Below the pieces are notes generated by a model, which was given only the letters and a program-made list of their open reading frames with translations, searched no databases and was not told where the DNA came from. A stretch of 63,049 nt of DNA, counting the filler, from Hyphochytrium catenoides (taxonomy: Eukaryota > Protista > Hyphochytriomycota): the NCBI GenBank assembly GCA_900088475.1. It is 3 parts of 3 records of this genome, joined end to end, with 100 filler letters (N's around TTAATTAATTAA, not from the genome) between each part and the next. Parts side by side here need not be neighbours in the genome. Positions count along the whole stretch, not along the records: positions 1 to 30,869 come from FLMG01003632.1; 2 more parts are not named here. One strand, 5' to 3'. Each line of letters starts with the position of its first letter. Position 1 is the first letter of the stretch. Made by a program: the position numbers and the translations under genes. Positions 9,203-21,919 of the stretch are shown here, piece after piece.

Positions 9203-10929
9203 TCATGAGAAGTTGACTCTAGCGATGTCCCACGGCCCAGTGATCTCGCTGAAGGTAAGAGCCAAGGAGTCAGTAACAGAAGACACACGGCGTGAGCCTA
9301 GAGAGAGATGGTGGGGACTTACTACTTATAGATCTGCAGGTACAGCAGCCAGAGCGGAGCGAGAAAGGAGAAGAAGCAAAGAGATAGAAACACGACGACG
9401 GCTGCCTTGACCGAGACGGCGGCGACCATTATCAGCGTCAGGACAGACTGGAGCACAGTCAACAGAATGTGCATTCTCTTAGAGTAGGACTGGAGCCATC
9501 GGCAAACGACGGTACATATATATATAGAGAGAGAGAGGGAGAGTCAGAGAGAGAGACACACAGAGAGAGGAGAAGGTCAATGAAGGTTAATCACTGCTCG
9601 ACAGGCAGAAGATAAACCATATGCGCGGTAAGAACTGGTCAAAGGAAAAGGCCAAGTACAGAGAGTTAAGTGCAATCGAAGCAAACTTGGAAGAGAGAAG
9701 GACTAACATGAGCGAGTGCGAGAGACAGAGAAAGCTAGAGGATGAGGGGCAGACGATACTTAGGCATCTGACAGCGTCGGGGGTTACCTTCACGTGGTGC
9801 CAAACAAGCGGCAGGAGACCAAAGAGCTCAAAGGCAAAGAGTTCGAAGCCGAAGACATGCTCATTAGAAGGCATTCGAGATGACATTAGGACCGAGGTGA
9901 AGCCAATAGCATTAAGCGAGATCGCGCCTGTGTATCTGTGGACATACAGACAAACACGCGATACTGAGGACTACTTTGGGCTGTTTGGGACGGGCTAGAG
10001 GTAGGAGAAGGGCTCTCACCTTGACCGAGTAGCGAAGAGGTAGATGTAGTCGTAGGTCAACAGATGAATGAAAGAGAGAAGGATCGTTAACGCCCAGATG
10101 GTATCCTCTGAGTAGCTCTCTGTCAGCGTCTTCAGCACTGGAGACAGAATGGAGAGAAGGCTGGGGAAGAGAAGAAAGCTCTTGATGGCAGACTTGAGAT
10201 CTGTACCAGGTTTGAGGATTCAGGGTTCGGGGAGAGAGACAAAATAGAAAAGAGAGAGAGAGAGAGGAAAGAGAGTGAGAGAGAGTGAGAACCATGAGGG
10301 AGAGAACGAAGGAAGAGAAGGAGTTGGTGACCGGACAAGCCTCTGAGGTAGCGACAGCAGAACAGAGACGTACCGTGGGTCTTATCAAACGCGCTAAGGG
10401 CTTTGTATCCGACTACTATGATCGCCAGGTCGACGGCTAGAAGGCTATTAAGTGAGAAAGTAGACTCTGACATGCAGATGAAAACCACCTACAATCCAAG
10501 ATATCGTTAGGCTATTGAGGTGACAGAAGCAGACCAGTGGATAGGCAAGACTTACGAAGAGAATGATGACAGAGAGAACCTGCTGCGTGACCACCAAGCT
10601 GCCAATGACAAGGTCCAACAGGTTGTATGATCGTACATTAGCTGCATCAAAAGCTGTGAGGGAGAAGGCTGCACCTCGGAGCTGGGTAAGGCCGGCCTAC
10701 CGTTAGTTACGAGCTCGTTGAGAAAGCTCGGGCTGACCAAATAGTCCGGTGACTCTCCGACCTCATAGAGCCGCTTATGATAGCTCTCCTACAAGGGAAG
10801 ACGCCTCAGAAGGAGTCCTTAACCTCTTAAAGCCTCAGTTAAAGAAAGAACGAACCGTGCCATGCCCAGCTCGGCTCCCCATGCCAGTCGGATCCATCCC
10901 TCGCCGACAGGGTAACTGAAGCACACCAT
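9203..10929 (-). CDS. PIGC: Phosphatidylinositol N-acetylglucosaminyltransferase subunit C (GPI2/PIG-C), multi-exon; start at 10929 or 10863
   Basis: Spliced minus-strand exons read HKRLYEVGESPDYLVSPSFLNELVTN, YNLLDLVIGSLVVTQQVLSVIILF, VLKTLTESYSEDTIWAL..HLLTYDY, SLNAIGFTSVLMSSRMP..FELFGLLP and a terminal ITGPWDIARVNFS* (stop 9203-9205). These match PIG-C family motifs in order. Confidence 0.85.
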
Positions 10930-11423
10930 CCACAGTCCAGACGGCAAGAAATCGGCACTGTCAACTGAAGACAGCAGCCAGCCGCCTCATCTTATCTTGC
11001 CCAGACCCTGAGAGATCCCAGATTGAGATTTATTTGAAGCTTTTTATCGCCAATCTATTGCAGAGATGACCGTTAGCGGTCAAAGAATTTGAGCGCTGCC
11101 TTTTGCCGCGAACTTTTTGGTTTTTTGGCGCGGGAACTTGGCTCTCAGTCTGCAGGAAGTTGCAGTGCAGGAAGCAAGCCTTTGAAAACGCCTCAGAGAT
11201 CAAGAATCTTCATCTGCGAACTCTTGCTTGCGCTGTAGTGAAGCCTACAAGGCCATTTTCTATGTCTTGCCTGACGTGAACTGGCTTTCATGGAACTCAA
11301 GAAAGTGTGAAGTGCATAGAGTGTTGAGAACCTTGAACAGAAGCTACTGGGCCAGCTCCACTCCCTTTCATAGAGGCAACTGCGTTTATTGACAGTATTT
11401 AGGCTTGATTACGTCAGAGAAAG

Positions 11424-13897
11424 ATGCTGTGGGTGATCAGTATCGGCCGAACTCCTTGGAGAAGCTTGACTACCATCCTGAGGTGACCGAACGGCTAAAG
11501 AACCTGGTAAGTTGACGCGGCTCAGTCCAAGCGTAAAGCCTCTCCTCTTACCGCGTAAACGGCGGTCTAGGCAAACAATGGAGAGATTCCCCACCTTCTG
11601 TTCTATGGCCCGCCAGGAGCAGGCAAGAAGACTCGCATCATGGCCTTTCTGAAGGCAGTCTTTGGCCCAGGCGTGGAGAAGGTAAGTCGCAAGTGAAGCA
11701 ATCCAAAGCCGCTTGCCTGCAGACTAACCTAACTGCTCCGCTCCAGCTCCGCCTCGAACATAAGACTTTCCAGGTAAATGGCATGGACAGCCTTGAAGCT
11801 CTATCTATTTGGTACCTAACTCCTCTCCCTCCAACCTTCCAGGTGCCGAACGCTAGCAAGACAAAGGTTGACATCACAACGATCGCAAGCAACTATCACA
11901 TAGAGATAAACCCAGCGGACGCTGGGAGTCGAGATAGGTTCGTGGTACAAGAAGTGATCAAAGAGATCGCGCAGTACCAGCCACTCGACACTAGCCCCAC
12001 AGCCAAGTCTTTCAAAGGTATTTAGCAGTCCTCTAGCCGCTCACCAGCCCACAAGGTCTGCCTATACTCTGCGCTTCGTGCTCCTAACCCTTATCTCCGA
12101 CTTCAATCTATGCCATCGCGCACATTTCTCTTCCAATCTAGTCGTCCTGCTGATGGAGGTAGACCGGCTATCAAAACAAGCCCAGCACGCGCTAAGAAGG
12201 ACCATGGAAAAGTACGTTCTGAGTGCTTGACGAAGAGTTAGTAGTCCTCCCACCGCTGCGAACAGGGCGCGGCCCGCCTTACAAGGGCTTCCGCTCCTCT
12301 CTCGTCTCTGTAAAAGGGCTTCTAACTTACTTCTCCTTCATCTTTTGTAGATACTCCTCATCGTGCCGGCTTATCCTTTGCTGCAACAACGCTGCTAAGG
12401 TCATTGAGCCAGTGCGAAGTCGATGTCTTGGCGTCAGAATTGCAGCCCCGTCGCACGATGAGGTATGTGAGAGAGCAGGAGGAAGAGGACAACAGTTAGA
12501 GTAGAGCCAAAGATACAGGGACGATAGCTGAGAATTAAAAGCCACAACTCTGCCCCTAACTGCGTCCTGTATAGATTGCAAACGTGCTTAAGGCTGTCAG
12601 CAAGAAAGAAAGCTTGCAACTGCCTCCCAAGTTTGCCGCTCGCGTTGCTGAGGCGTCATCGCGAAATCTGAGGCGCGCTCTGCTTATTCTTGAAGCTTGC
12701 CGAGTGCAGAAGTATGGCCAGCATCTTGGGCTTTTGAGGAGCTCACATCTTGCCATCCTCTGCCTGCTCTTTATGTGCTTGTCTCTCCGCCCCAATGTGT
12801 GACTCTATTTGTAGATCAATGGAGGCCATCCTTTGTCTGGGCCCCTTGACTTCAAGCGTCCTCCTGACCTTGCCTTATGCTCTCTCTCTCTCTCTCTTTA
12901 GAGTGTCATTCGTTCTTCTTTCTCTCTCTTCAGCTGTCCCGTAATTCTCTGATGTTCGTCGCTCTGTCTGGCTCTCTCTTGCTTTTGCTGCCCCTCGCGC
13001 CTCTTGCTTTTCTCAGCAGTAAGGATCTCTCTTCTCTCTCTTATGCGACAGATACCCCTTTTCTGATGATCAGGATATTCAACTGCCGGACTGGGAGCTA
13101 TTTATCGGCAAAGTGGCCACCAAGATCCTGATGGACCAGTCACCCGGCGGGTAAGCATAAAAAGTTCCCAAAGCTCGACTGTGTAGCCGTCTAAAGGAGA
13201 CCATGAAGAGAAAAAAACGACGGTGGAGAGCAGAGATTCAAATTCGTTAAGTAGGTAGAGCTTGGCAGAGAAGAAGAGATGAACGCTTTAGAAAACATGC
13301 TGGCAAGGGACATCAGCAGCGGACGTAGTCACAGACGACGAGGCTGTCCTTCATGACTGCCCTCCCACCACAGGCTTCTGGATGTCCGAGGCAAGCTTTA
13401 TGAACTGCTGTCCAACTGCATTCCCGCTGATACAATTATCAAGGTACGCTGGAAGTACAGAGTCTTAAGTGTTTTGCTCCTGGTCCTTGTTGGGCCTTTG
13501 CCATTTCGGCTACTCTCCTACCCTTCTCCAGCCATTCGTTGTCTTCTCACTAGTCCCATCCCTTTTCCTTAACTCCCTAGGCACTTGTCCGAGAGTTGCT
13601 TCCCAAGTTAGATCAAGAGCTGCAGTTCAAATTGCTCCATTGGGCAGCTTTCTATGTGAGTCTCCTCATCTCTCGTTCACTCTCTCTTGACTGCGTTTGC
13701 CCCCTTCCCCAACCATTCCTTGCCCCTATTGTTTCTCTGTTCGCCTCCCCGAACCTCTCAGTGTTGCCTCTAAAGCAATGCGCTCCTGGCAGGAACATCG
13801 GGTGCGGACTGGAAGCAAAGAAATATTCCATCTCGAGGCCTTTGTGGCGCGCATCATGAGCGAGTACAAGCGCTTCGTCATTGAGTGCTACATGTGA
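11424..13897 (+). CDS. RFC3: Replication factor C subunit 3 (human RFC3/yeast Rfc5 type), multi-exon
   Basis: MLWV(D)QYRPNSLEKLDYH (needs one extra G at ~11435), PHLLFYGPPGAGKKTRIM, SNYHIEINPADAGSRDRFVVQEVIKEIAQ, EVDRLSKQAQHALRRTMEK, VIEPVRSRCL, RNLRRALLILE and GSKEIFHLEAFVA. GT-AG introns include ones flanking a 27-nt exon at 11747-11773. Confidence 0.93.
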
Positions 13898-14886
13898 CCT
13901 CGCTGCTCTGTCTTACTCTTTGTTATTTGCTATGCGCCATAGTCCAGTACCATTCTATCTCTTCGGTGGTCGCACTCCATAGATCCTGCCTCTGCCCACA
14001 ACCTGTTGCTATGGCTACATATCTCGCAGCGTTATCACGCCAGAGCCATCCCTCCATTTTGGGTCAGCTCTTGTTGGCCCAGCTGGCAGCAGCTAGGATA
14101 AGGCTTATCAGGCACCGATAGAGGATGACTGGCGGACGCTAGCCGGATGTGAGAGAACAGACAAGGATTGCATTTCCACGAAGATTAACTTAGCTAGAGA
14201 GGCTGCAGCTGCATAGATCTAGTCACAAGTTCAGACTATTAACATTTCCAACCAACAAGCTAACTCCGTGTAAACCATCGAAGCTTGACCGATGAACTAC
14301 GATGAACTCCAATTGTTCCTCCTCCAAGCGCTACTTCATTTGCTTTTCGGGTGCGCTAAGATGGGGCCTTTCTACTCCTATCCGAGGCTTCCTCTTTATA
14401 AGTATTGTGCCTGACAGGAGAAACACTCCGTTCCATGACGATCAGCACCTTTCTTTAAACAACCCTCAGAGATCCACCCTTTTCCTTCTTCTGTCTTTTG
14501 CGTGCTGCCTTGCCTCCTGCCTCATTCAATCCGTCGAGACTCAAGACCCGTCCTCCGTTGATCTTCGATCTTCGTCATCGCAGCTTCAGAATTCATGACT
14601 CTTCATTAAGAGAGCGGTTAGCAGCTCGATTTGGAAGTTAGTCCTGGGGGACGTTGGGAGGATTCTGTTCTGGAAGCGGAGCTTTCTCAAATCTTCATTT
14701 TAGGAGTTTATTGCGCAGATTTCCGCGCCTTTTGCGGCGCTCTCGTTGGACTCTAAGTTGCTGTTGGCCCCAATGTGTGGAGGGCGAAAAAGACGAAGAA
14801 AGGATGACATGAGAGAGTTTATCAAGGAAGTTGCGTGACATCTTGTGTTACCTGTCTCTCTATCTGGCTACGGGCTGGCGAAGACG

Positions 14887-17175
14887 ATGATTGCTTTGAT
14901 TCCTCCCTTCCGCTTCAGCGTAGTAGAGCACAATGTTTATCGAGGCGCTTACCCCACGCTCAAGAACTTTGCGTTCCTCAGGAGGTATCTCCCTGGGCTC
15001 TCTCTTTAGTCTCAGTCTCTTTGTCCTGCGTCCTATTCTCCTGCGAACCATACAGTCCTCCTTCCTCTAGACCTGGAACTCATGCTTTCTCTCTCTTTAG
15101 ACTATCCCTTAGGTCCATTATCTCGGTCACTCCTGAAACTCCTACCACGGATCTGCTGGAGTTCTGCCATCACGAGGGCATTGCTTCTTACTATCTTCAG
15201 TGCGATAAGGTGACTGATCATGTCACTCTTGATCCTACCATCGTCTCACAAGTGCTCAGTGTAAGTGCCTGCTAATTAGTCACAGAGAGAGACACAGAGA
15301 GAGAGAGAGAGAGAGAGAGACGGACAGACAGATCTCAGACGAAAGTTGAGAGCGGGAGAGACGAAAGAGAGATGTAAGTAGAGATTGAATGAGAGACGAG
15401 GAAGCCCAAGAGAGATAGAGACAGAGATAGAGACAGAGGGAGAGAGAGACAAAATTAGAGAGAGGGAGAGAGAGAGAAGAGAGAGAGAGAGACAGAGAGG
15501 AGAGAAACAGAGTATAGTCAACGGTCAAGATAGCCCGGTCTCAAACTACTTTTCAATCTCTCTTTCTGTCTGAGGTCTCCTAGAAGGACTCTCCTTCTTC
15601 TCACTTGACACACAACGACACAAGTCTTCCCTTCCTTTGCCCGACATTCTGTCTCTGTCAGTACCTTTCATCATCGCTCTTTCGCTCTACGTTTGCGTCT
15701 CTCAGTCTTTCTCACCGTCTTCGCTTCCATGTTCTCTCTCTCGCCTTTCGCTCGTTTTCCGTCGATTAGATACTTGTAAACATTGAGAATGAGCCTGTGT
15801 ACATCCACTGCCTGGACGGCGCGAACGTCACGGGATTGATCATTATGGTCCTGAGACGTCTTCAAAATTGGAACCTATCGGCTATCACGGCTGAGTTCTG
15901 CCGGTAGGGACCTTCCTCTCTCTGCTCTCTCTCTGTTCTCTCTCTCTGTTCTCTCTCTCTCTCGCTTTCCATCCCTTTCTGTATCTCTCTTCTTCCCTCT
16001 CACTCTGTCTCTCTCTCTCTCTTAGCGATTGTCTCTCCCATTCCGTGGATCTGTCTCTCTTTCTCGGCAATGTGTGCCTGCCCATCGCTTCTCCTGAAGC
16101 GGCTTGCCTCCAACTGCCGTAAACCTCCCATACATTTTACTTCATCTTCCCTTCTACTCCCTGCTATCTCCTATGTCTCTCTCGTTGCCACTGAGTTGCC
16201 TCTTCGCTCCGCATGACAGGTTCACTCATGACCACACGATTGAGAAGGAAGAGTCGCAGTTCGTGACTAACTACACAGAAGACATTATCATGCCCCCTAA
16301 GGTGCCGCGCTGGCTTTGGCAGGGCGTGAGGATTGTCAAGCATCCGACGCTGAGGCTAAGGCACGACCCGCCGCTCAACGCTGAGAACGATGGAGTTTCG
16401 AATGCCTCCATCAGCACCGGCGGCATGTTCGGCAGGTAAGAGGGGGTCCTCTTCTCTGGTTCGTCTCTCCCTTTCTCCTTCCTCTTCCTTCTCTATCTCT
16501 ACTTCCCCTCTCTCGCTCTGTGCCCTTCACTTTCTCCCGCCACCGTGCGCTCATCCTCTGCGCTCTGGCGCCATTTGATTTCTTTCTGCAAACCTTTCTC
16601 CTCGACTATCTTTCGGTGTCTTGCCCCCCCACACTATCTATTTCTTTGTCTTTCTCCTCCCCGCTTCTATGTCTTTGTCTGTCTTTTCCCCACATACTTT
16701 TCTCTGTCTCTCTCTCTGTCCGCCCTCTCTCCTTCTTGAAGTTATGTCTTTTTCTGTCTAGTCGGGTCGGCTGTACGCTGGCCTAAAAATCGTCTGATTC
16801 ATCCGGTTTCCACGAGTTGCATCGCCACCTGCTTTGTTTAGTATAAGCTATCATCGCTCTGCGCCATTCAACCTCTTTCACCTTCATGTTTTCTTCTGAG
16901 CTTTCCCTCTCTCCCGTGTGGGCATGTCTCTCTCCCTCTCTCATCCACATTCACCGACACAAAGTCTCAAGCATCATTGTCTCCTAATCTACAGTGAGCA
17001 TCCCGGAGAGACTGGCAAAATCAGAAGCTTTGTACAGCGCGTAGAGTTGGACGTCAGGAGCGAGGAGAGGTTTGAAGGGGTAGAAGGAGAGGAGGTTGCC
17101 GAGACAGGAGTCTCTCGGATGATTAGCGCCTTAGACTTGCACGGGATAGACAGTCTTAAGACGGTATGGAGCTAG
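14887..17175 (+). CDS. PFA-DSP/Siw14-family tyrosine-phosphatase-like protein, OCA6-like (probably inactive); multi-exon, 3' end uncertain
   Basis: Exons read LIPPFRFSVVEHNVYRGAYPTLKNFAFLRR, LRSIISVTPE, PVYIHCLDGANVTGLIIMVLRRLQNWNLSAITAEFCR, KVPRWLWQG and SRMISALDLHG. Confidence 0.78.
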
Positions 17176-17537
17176 TACGCTTACCCTAGTCAGCGTTTCC
17201 ATGAGTCTCTTCCTTCTAGTCTCTCTCTCTCTCTACCGCTTTCTACCAACCCCCTTCTCTCATGACTTATCAGCTGCTGCTTTGGCTAGTGTAGGACTGC
17301 ACGACACTTTTCTGTCTTTCTCCATTAGTATCAATATAGGCTTCTCACTGTCGCTGTGCTGCCTGCTTCGCGGACGCAGGTGAAGCAGACCACTCTCCTC
17401 CTAGGTGACCGCCTTACATGAAGCCTGGGACTACGTTTTAACGATATGGTACATTGTATCTTCTCTCTCCCTCCCTCTCTTTTCTCTCTCTCTAGATCTC
17501 TCCTCTTCTGTTTCTCTCTTCAAAGTATTATTAAATC

Positions 17538-20500
17538 TCAGAGCTTTCTCCGCTTCCCTCTCTGTTGATTTCTTGCTGAAGCTTCTTCCTTTTGCAGCTT
17601 TGTGAGCTTGATGGGCTCAATGATGGCGCCACGGCGAGTGATGACCTCGGGCCTTGTGAGCTTGTGTGTGGCAGTTGCCGTGTTCCAATCCCGCCCCAGA
17701 GGGTTCCTCAGAGACCTTTCGTACTGCTCTCTTGACGTGAAGGGGTACGGAACCTGAGTGGCCGTGTACTTGGCCAGCTATAGGGAAAGAGAGTCAGAGT
17801 CTCACCTTAGCTTACAACTCGTTGTCCTGGCCGCAGCCCTTCCTTCTACCTCCTCCATTTGTTTTACCATCTTTCCTGCTTCTTCTCTCTCTCTTTTTGT
17901 CTCTCTCTCTCTCTGCTCTCGTTCTCTTTCTTCACTTGCGATGACGTATTTATGAGGTGGCTTAGTCCCTTACCTTTTTGTCCCTCTTCTCATTAATAAT
18001 CACATGTCGAAGCTTGGCATCGGTTCTGCCTTCCAGAGCCTTGGCCTTAGCCTCCTCCACTTTCTCCTTGTAAGCTCTCTCTTTCTCCTTCTGACGCCTT
18101 GAGGGCTGTACGCCGATTCCAGCCCAGCTTCCCCACCCAGCGACGCCCACAGCAGCCTAGAAGTTAAAAAAGCGGACAAGGGCATAAGCAACCAACTATA
18201 GACAGAGCGAGAGCAAAAGGAGTACCTTGGGATCGAGCTTGGAAGTGACGGCGATGTCTGCCTCTTCCTCCTTCTCTCTAATGAGCTCTTCCTCTAAGTC
18301 ATCATCTAGAGCAAACGCTTGGCGCACCAATTCTTCCGTACCATCCTTCTCTCTGTTCCTCTTTTTGCCCTTAGCACCCTCAGTTATTGTGTTAGCCTGC
18401 TTCTGCTCTTTCTCTTTGATCTTCACGTCCATTTTCAGAGGCTTAGCAGCTTCATTCAGAGCTGCAGCAGCCAAGCGCTTGTTCTTCTTTCCGTGCACGC
18501 CTCTCAGATCCTTTTTCTCTGTCTGCTGCGTACTGGAGGCAAGGAGCCAAGGGTTCTCGCCTTTCTCCTACGGAGTGGGGAGGTAGTAAAGAAAGTCAGA
18601 CACAATCGCCACTCAGAGAGCATAGAGCGACAGAAGAGAAAGCCTGAGGGAACACTGCATGGTCTACCTGAGGTCGCTCGGCTTCCTTTGTCTTTTGGCT
18701 AGCTTTCGGTCCTTTAGCTGGGGTTATGACCTCCACCTCCGTCCTCATCACCTTCACCTCTGATTCTGATGCGTGGTCATCCTCTTGGTCCTCGCCGCTC
18801 TCGCGCTGCTTTGGAAGAGAAACGGAGATGGGGCCGTCCACCTTTGAGGAGAATCTACCGTCCATCTGGACGAAGGTTGCCTGCATGCTACCTCCTGAAA
18901 GAACGGCTTTCACAGCCTTTACGTCTGCCTCCGTGATCTGCTGCCTCTTCCGGTCCTTTCTAGCTGTTGAAGCCGCCGGATCAGGCCTCCTTTCGTCGCT
19001 ACTCGACCATTCTTCTTCTTCCTTAGCTTGTCGAAGCTCGTGGAGGAGGCTTTCGGCCTCTTCTCGGGCAGCTTCCCGCTGTCTTTCCATTGCTTTTTGC
19101 ATGAACTTCATTGACATAAGACCTTTCTTAGGCGCCTCCCCGTCATCCTTGGTGGCCAAAGTAGCCTGTACTGCTTCTATTGTGGCCTCGGTGTCGCTGA
19201 TCTCCGAATCCGACTCTCCTACTCTCTCTATCTTCCTCTTCAGCTCTTGTGCTTGATGAAGCTGCTCAGCCACCGCCTTACGAGTATCCACATCCGCACT
19301 TTGCCCTTTTTTCAAGGCAGAACGAACCCAATCGGACGTATTCTGATGCCTAAGGCTCATCCTCTCGGCGGCGCGTCGCTCGGCGGCCTCCTCCTCCATC
19401 GCAGCTGCTGCCTCTGGGTTTGTCTCTCTTAGAAGCTCCAACTCTTCCTCTTTTGTCAGGCCCTTCTTCTGCTTCTTCCTTATTTTATGATAGAGCTTGC
19501 TCTTGATCTTCGAGATCCTCTTGCGCTTCTGTTCTTCATAGAAGATCAAGGACCGTAGCTTTGCCATCTCTGTGCCAATGACGGCACTTAGACATCGGTC
19601 CCCAGTGTTTGTAAGGTAAACAGAGCGCTCTCACCTGCATACTTTGCTTTAGCAGCCTCAGGGTCTAAAGACTTGTCTGCCAGCTCTCTGAGCTCTCCCT
19701 CTGCAATCTTCTTCTCACTTTCCATCCCTGCAGATTGCAAGAGGTTCTGCACCGTCTTCTCCAACTCTGTGCTGGGCTCAAACTTGCTGGCCAGGGCAGC
19801 GTTAGAGAGGTTGGTCCGTGGAGGGACTTGCTGTGCCTTTAGATTCAATGTCTCCGCTTCCCTGTTCGCCTTTACCACTGCCTGGTACTTCGAGACATTC
19901 TCCTAGAGGGCATAAAAGAGAGACAGAGAGAGGTCAGCGAGGCCGATAACGTGAGAAGAGATGGGAAAAGGTAAAATAACTAACCGCAGCTTTGCCATAG
20001 GCGACTTTTCTCTCTGCACGCTCCTCTACAATGGCAGCTCTTGGAGCAGGAAGTGGCCCATCTTTGCTACTTTTCTTGTTAGTGGAGAGCTGCTTCTTCA
20101 GCGTGCTCACTGCTGTTGAAGACTCTGTCAGTGAGCCCATGAGAGTCTCCAGCGTCAGCTCTTCAGTTGGCGCTGCTCCGAACTCAGACTCAGGTGCTGC
20201 CTCAGTAACAGCTCTCTTCTTTCTAGATCGCTGTTTGCCGTCCACTTGGACTCCAACGAGACTGAGAAGATTTCGATGCTTTTCTTCATCTGTCTCGCTT
20301 TCTTCGTCCGTGGATTGAAGGTCTTCTTCATCATCAGCTGTGGGCTTTAACCCGTCATCGACCGTGGAGAGTCTTTTCTGCGGCTCGTCTCCTAGCAGGC
20401 TTGAGAGCATAATCTCTCCATCGTGCAAAGGGCCCTCATCGTCATCTTCCTCCTCGTCCTCCTCATCATCATCGACGTCTGAGGTTTCGTCTGCCTCTGC

Positions 20501-20788
20501 GTCCGCCTTACGCTTCTTACTATTCTTGTTGATGGTTTCGAGAACGGCTCCATATATTTGTTCATCTTCAGAGTTGAAGGCATCATCCTCGCTAATCTCT
20601 TCATCTTCAAAGTCTGAAGGAAGCTCCGCCTCCGCAATGGTATCAACGTCATACTTCCCAGCTAGTTCTCTCTTGTCAACTACTTCTTCGTCCTCATACA
20701 CATCATGCCCCGATTTCCCTTGAGAGCTGGTCGGACCCTTCTTCTTGGTCTTTGCCCCTTTCGAGCCGCGTCCTTTGCCCTTGGCCAT
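17538..20788 (-). CDS. UTP14: U3 snoRNA-associated protein 14 (SSU processome), multi-exon
   Basis: Acidic N-terminus (DEEISEDDAF), MAKLRSLIFYEEQKRKRISKIKSKLYHKI, RAAERMSLRHQNTSDW, GLMSMKFMQKA, GWGSWAG, HVIINEK and VPYPFTSREQYERSLRNPLGRDWNT..GAIIEPI. Confidence 0.93.
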
Positions 20789-21601
20789 CCTCCCACAATC
20801 ACCCTTGGCAGAGCTTCGAGTCGTTTTTTATACAAGACCAGTGGCCATAACGAGAGTTAGCGAAGAATGGCGCTCCAAGAGGACCAGAGATTAACCGACC
20901 AGAGATTAAAAGTCTCAGAGCAAACCACCGGCGCCAAAGAATGAAGCAGCAGCGGGCGTCCACAGTGCCAATAAACTTCGTCTATCTTGCTCTGTCTGTT
21001 TGCCAGTCTGCAGGACAGCTCAGCCATCGGCATCTGGAAGCTCCAGAGCTCTCTGTTTCATTCCCTGTGATTCTTTTCTCTTTGAGATCAGAAACGGCGC
21101 GGTTGGTTGGTCCATCAAAGGCGCCCCAAATGGTAAACTGACGAAATCACCGTTGACAAAATTCTCTTTGAAGGTAAAAATACGATTCTGGGGATGGTAG
21201 GCGTTAGCCGCCTTCAAAACTTCGTTTACTTCAATTGCAATGCCCTTCAGTCGTAAAAGATTCATATATCCTAACATCCTGCCTTTTGCTATAAGAAAGA
21301 TTCAAGTTTTATGAAGTGATGAAGGTTTCAGCAGCTGGTAGCTTAGCTGAAGCTGGGGACTGACTGGCTACATATACTCCGCTATAAAATGGCGCTAAGA
21401 GAGCTATAATGGCTAAATAGCGGCAGCCCCTAAATGTCAATTTGCGGAGTTATTACGGTGGTGCCGGCTCCGTTGTCTGCGAACAGAGAAAAGGCGATGC
21501 CAGAGCTTCATTGAATCTCCATCTGCACAGCTTCATTCCAGAGCTCCAGGACCACACATCAAGAGCGGTTGAAGCCCGGTTATCGCGTTTCTTTAGGAAA
21601 G

Positions 21602-21919
21602 ATGAGCTTTGTCAACTCTCTTAGAAGTCGTGTTCCAAGACTCCTGTCTGCAGGTACGGTCGTTTTTTGTGCGACCAATTTCGCGGCCTTGTACTCTATC
21701 CTAACTCATCGACTTGTAGCTCCCAGAGCTCCCGTTTTCCGTCCCCCCGTCATGAGATACATGGCAACAAAGCCAGACACGGATATTGTGACTATTGAAG
21801 ACATGGACTTGGAGTACAGCGTCGAATGGCTACTGTCATCCCCTCCTCCTCTCCATCAGTTTGAGGAAAGCCCTATCATCGTTGAGCTACCTGCAGAAGA
21901 AGATCCTCACCACCATTGA
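21602..21919 (+). CDS. Nucleus-encoded C-terminal fragment of cytochrome c oxidase subunit 1 (Cox1-c) with a mitochondrial presequence; one 66-nt intron (21654-21719)
   Basis: Arg-rich, acid-free N-terminus (MSFVNSLRSRVPRLLSA..RAPVFRPPVMRYMA) followed by SVEWLLSSPPPLHQFEESP, matching the Cox1 C-terminal EWxxxSPPxxH motif. Confidence 0.8.
   Translation: MSFVNSLRSRVPRLLSAGTVVFCATNFAALYSILTHRLVAPRAPVFRPPVMRYMATKPDTDIVTIEDMDLEYSVEWLLSSPPPLHQFEESPIIVELPAEEDPHHH

Noticed and set aside
9621-9998. 125-aa plus-strand ORF
   Set aside because: Antisense to PIG-C exons and introns.
21020-21277. 85-aa minus-strand ORF between UTP14 and Cox1-c
   Set aside because: Short, with no recognisable motif; cannot be supported without a search.
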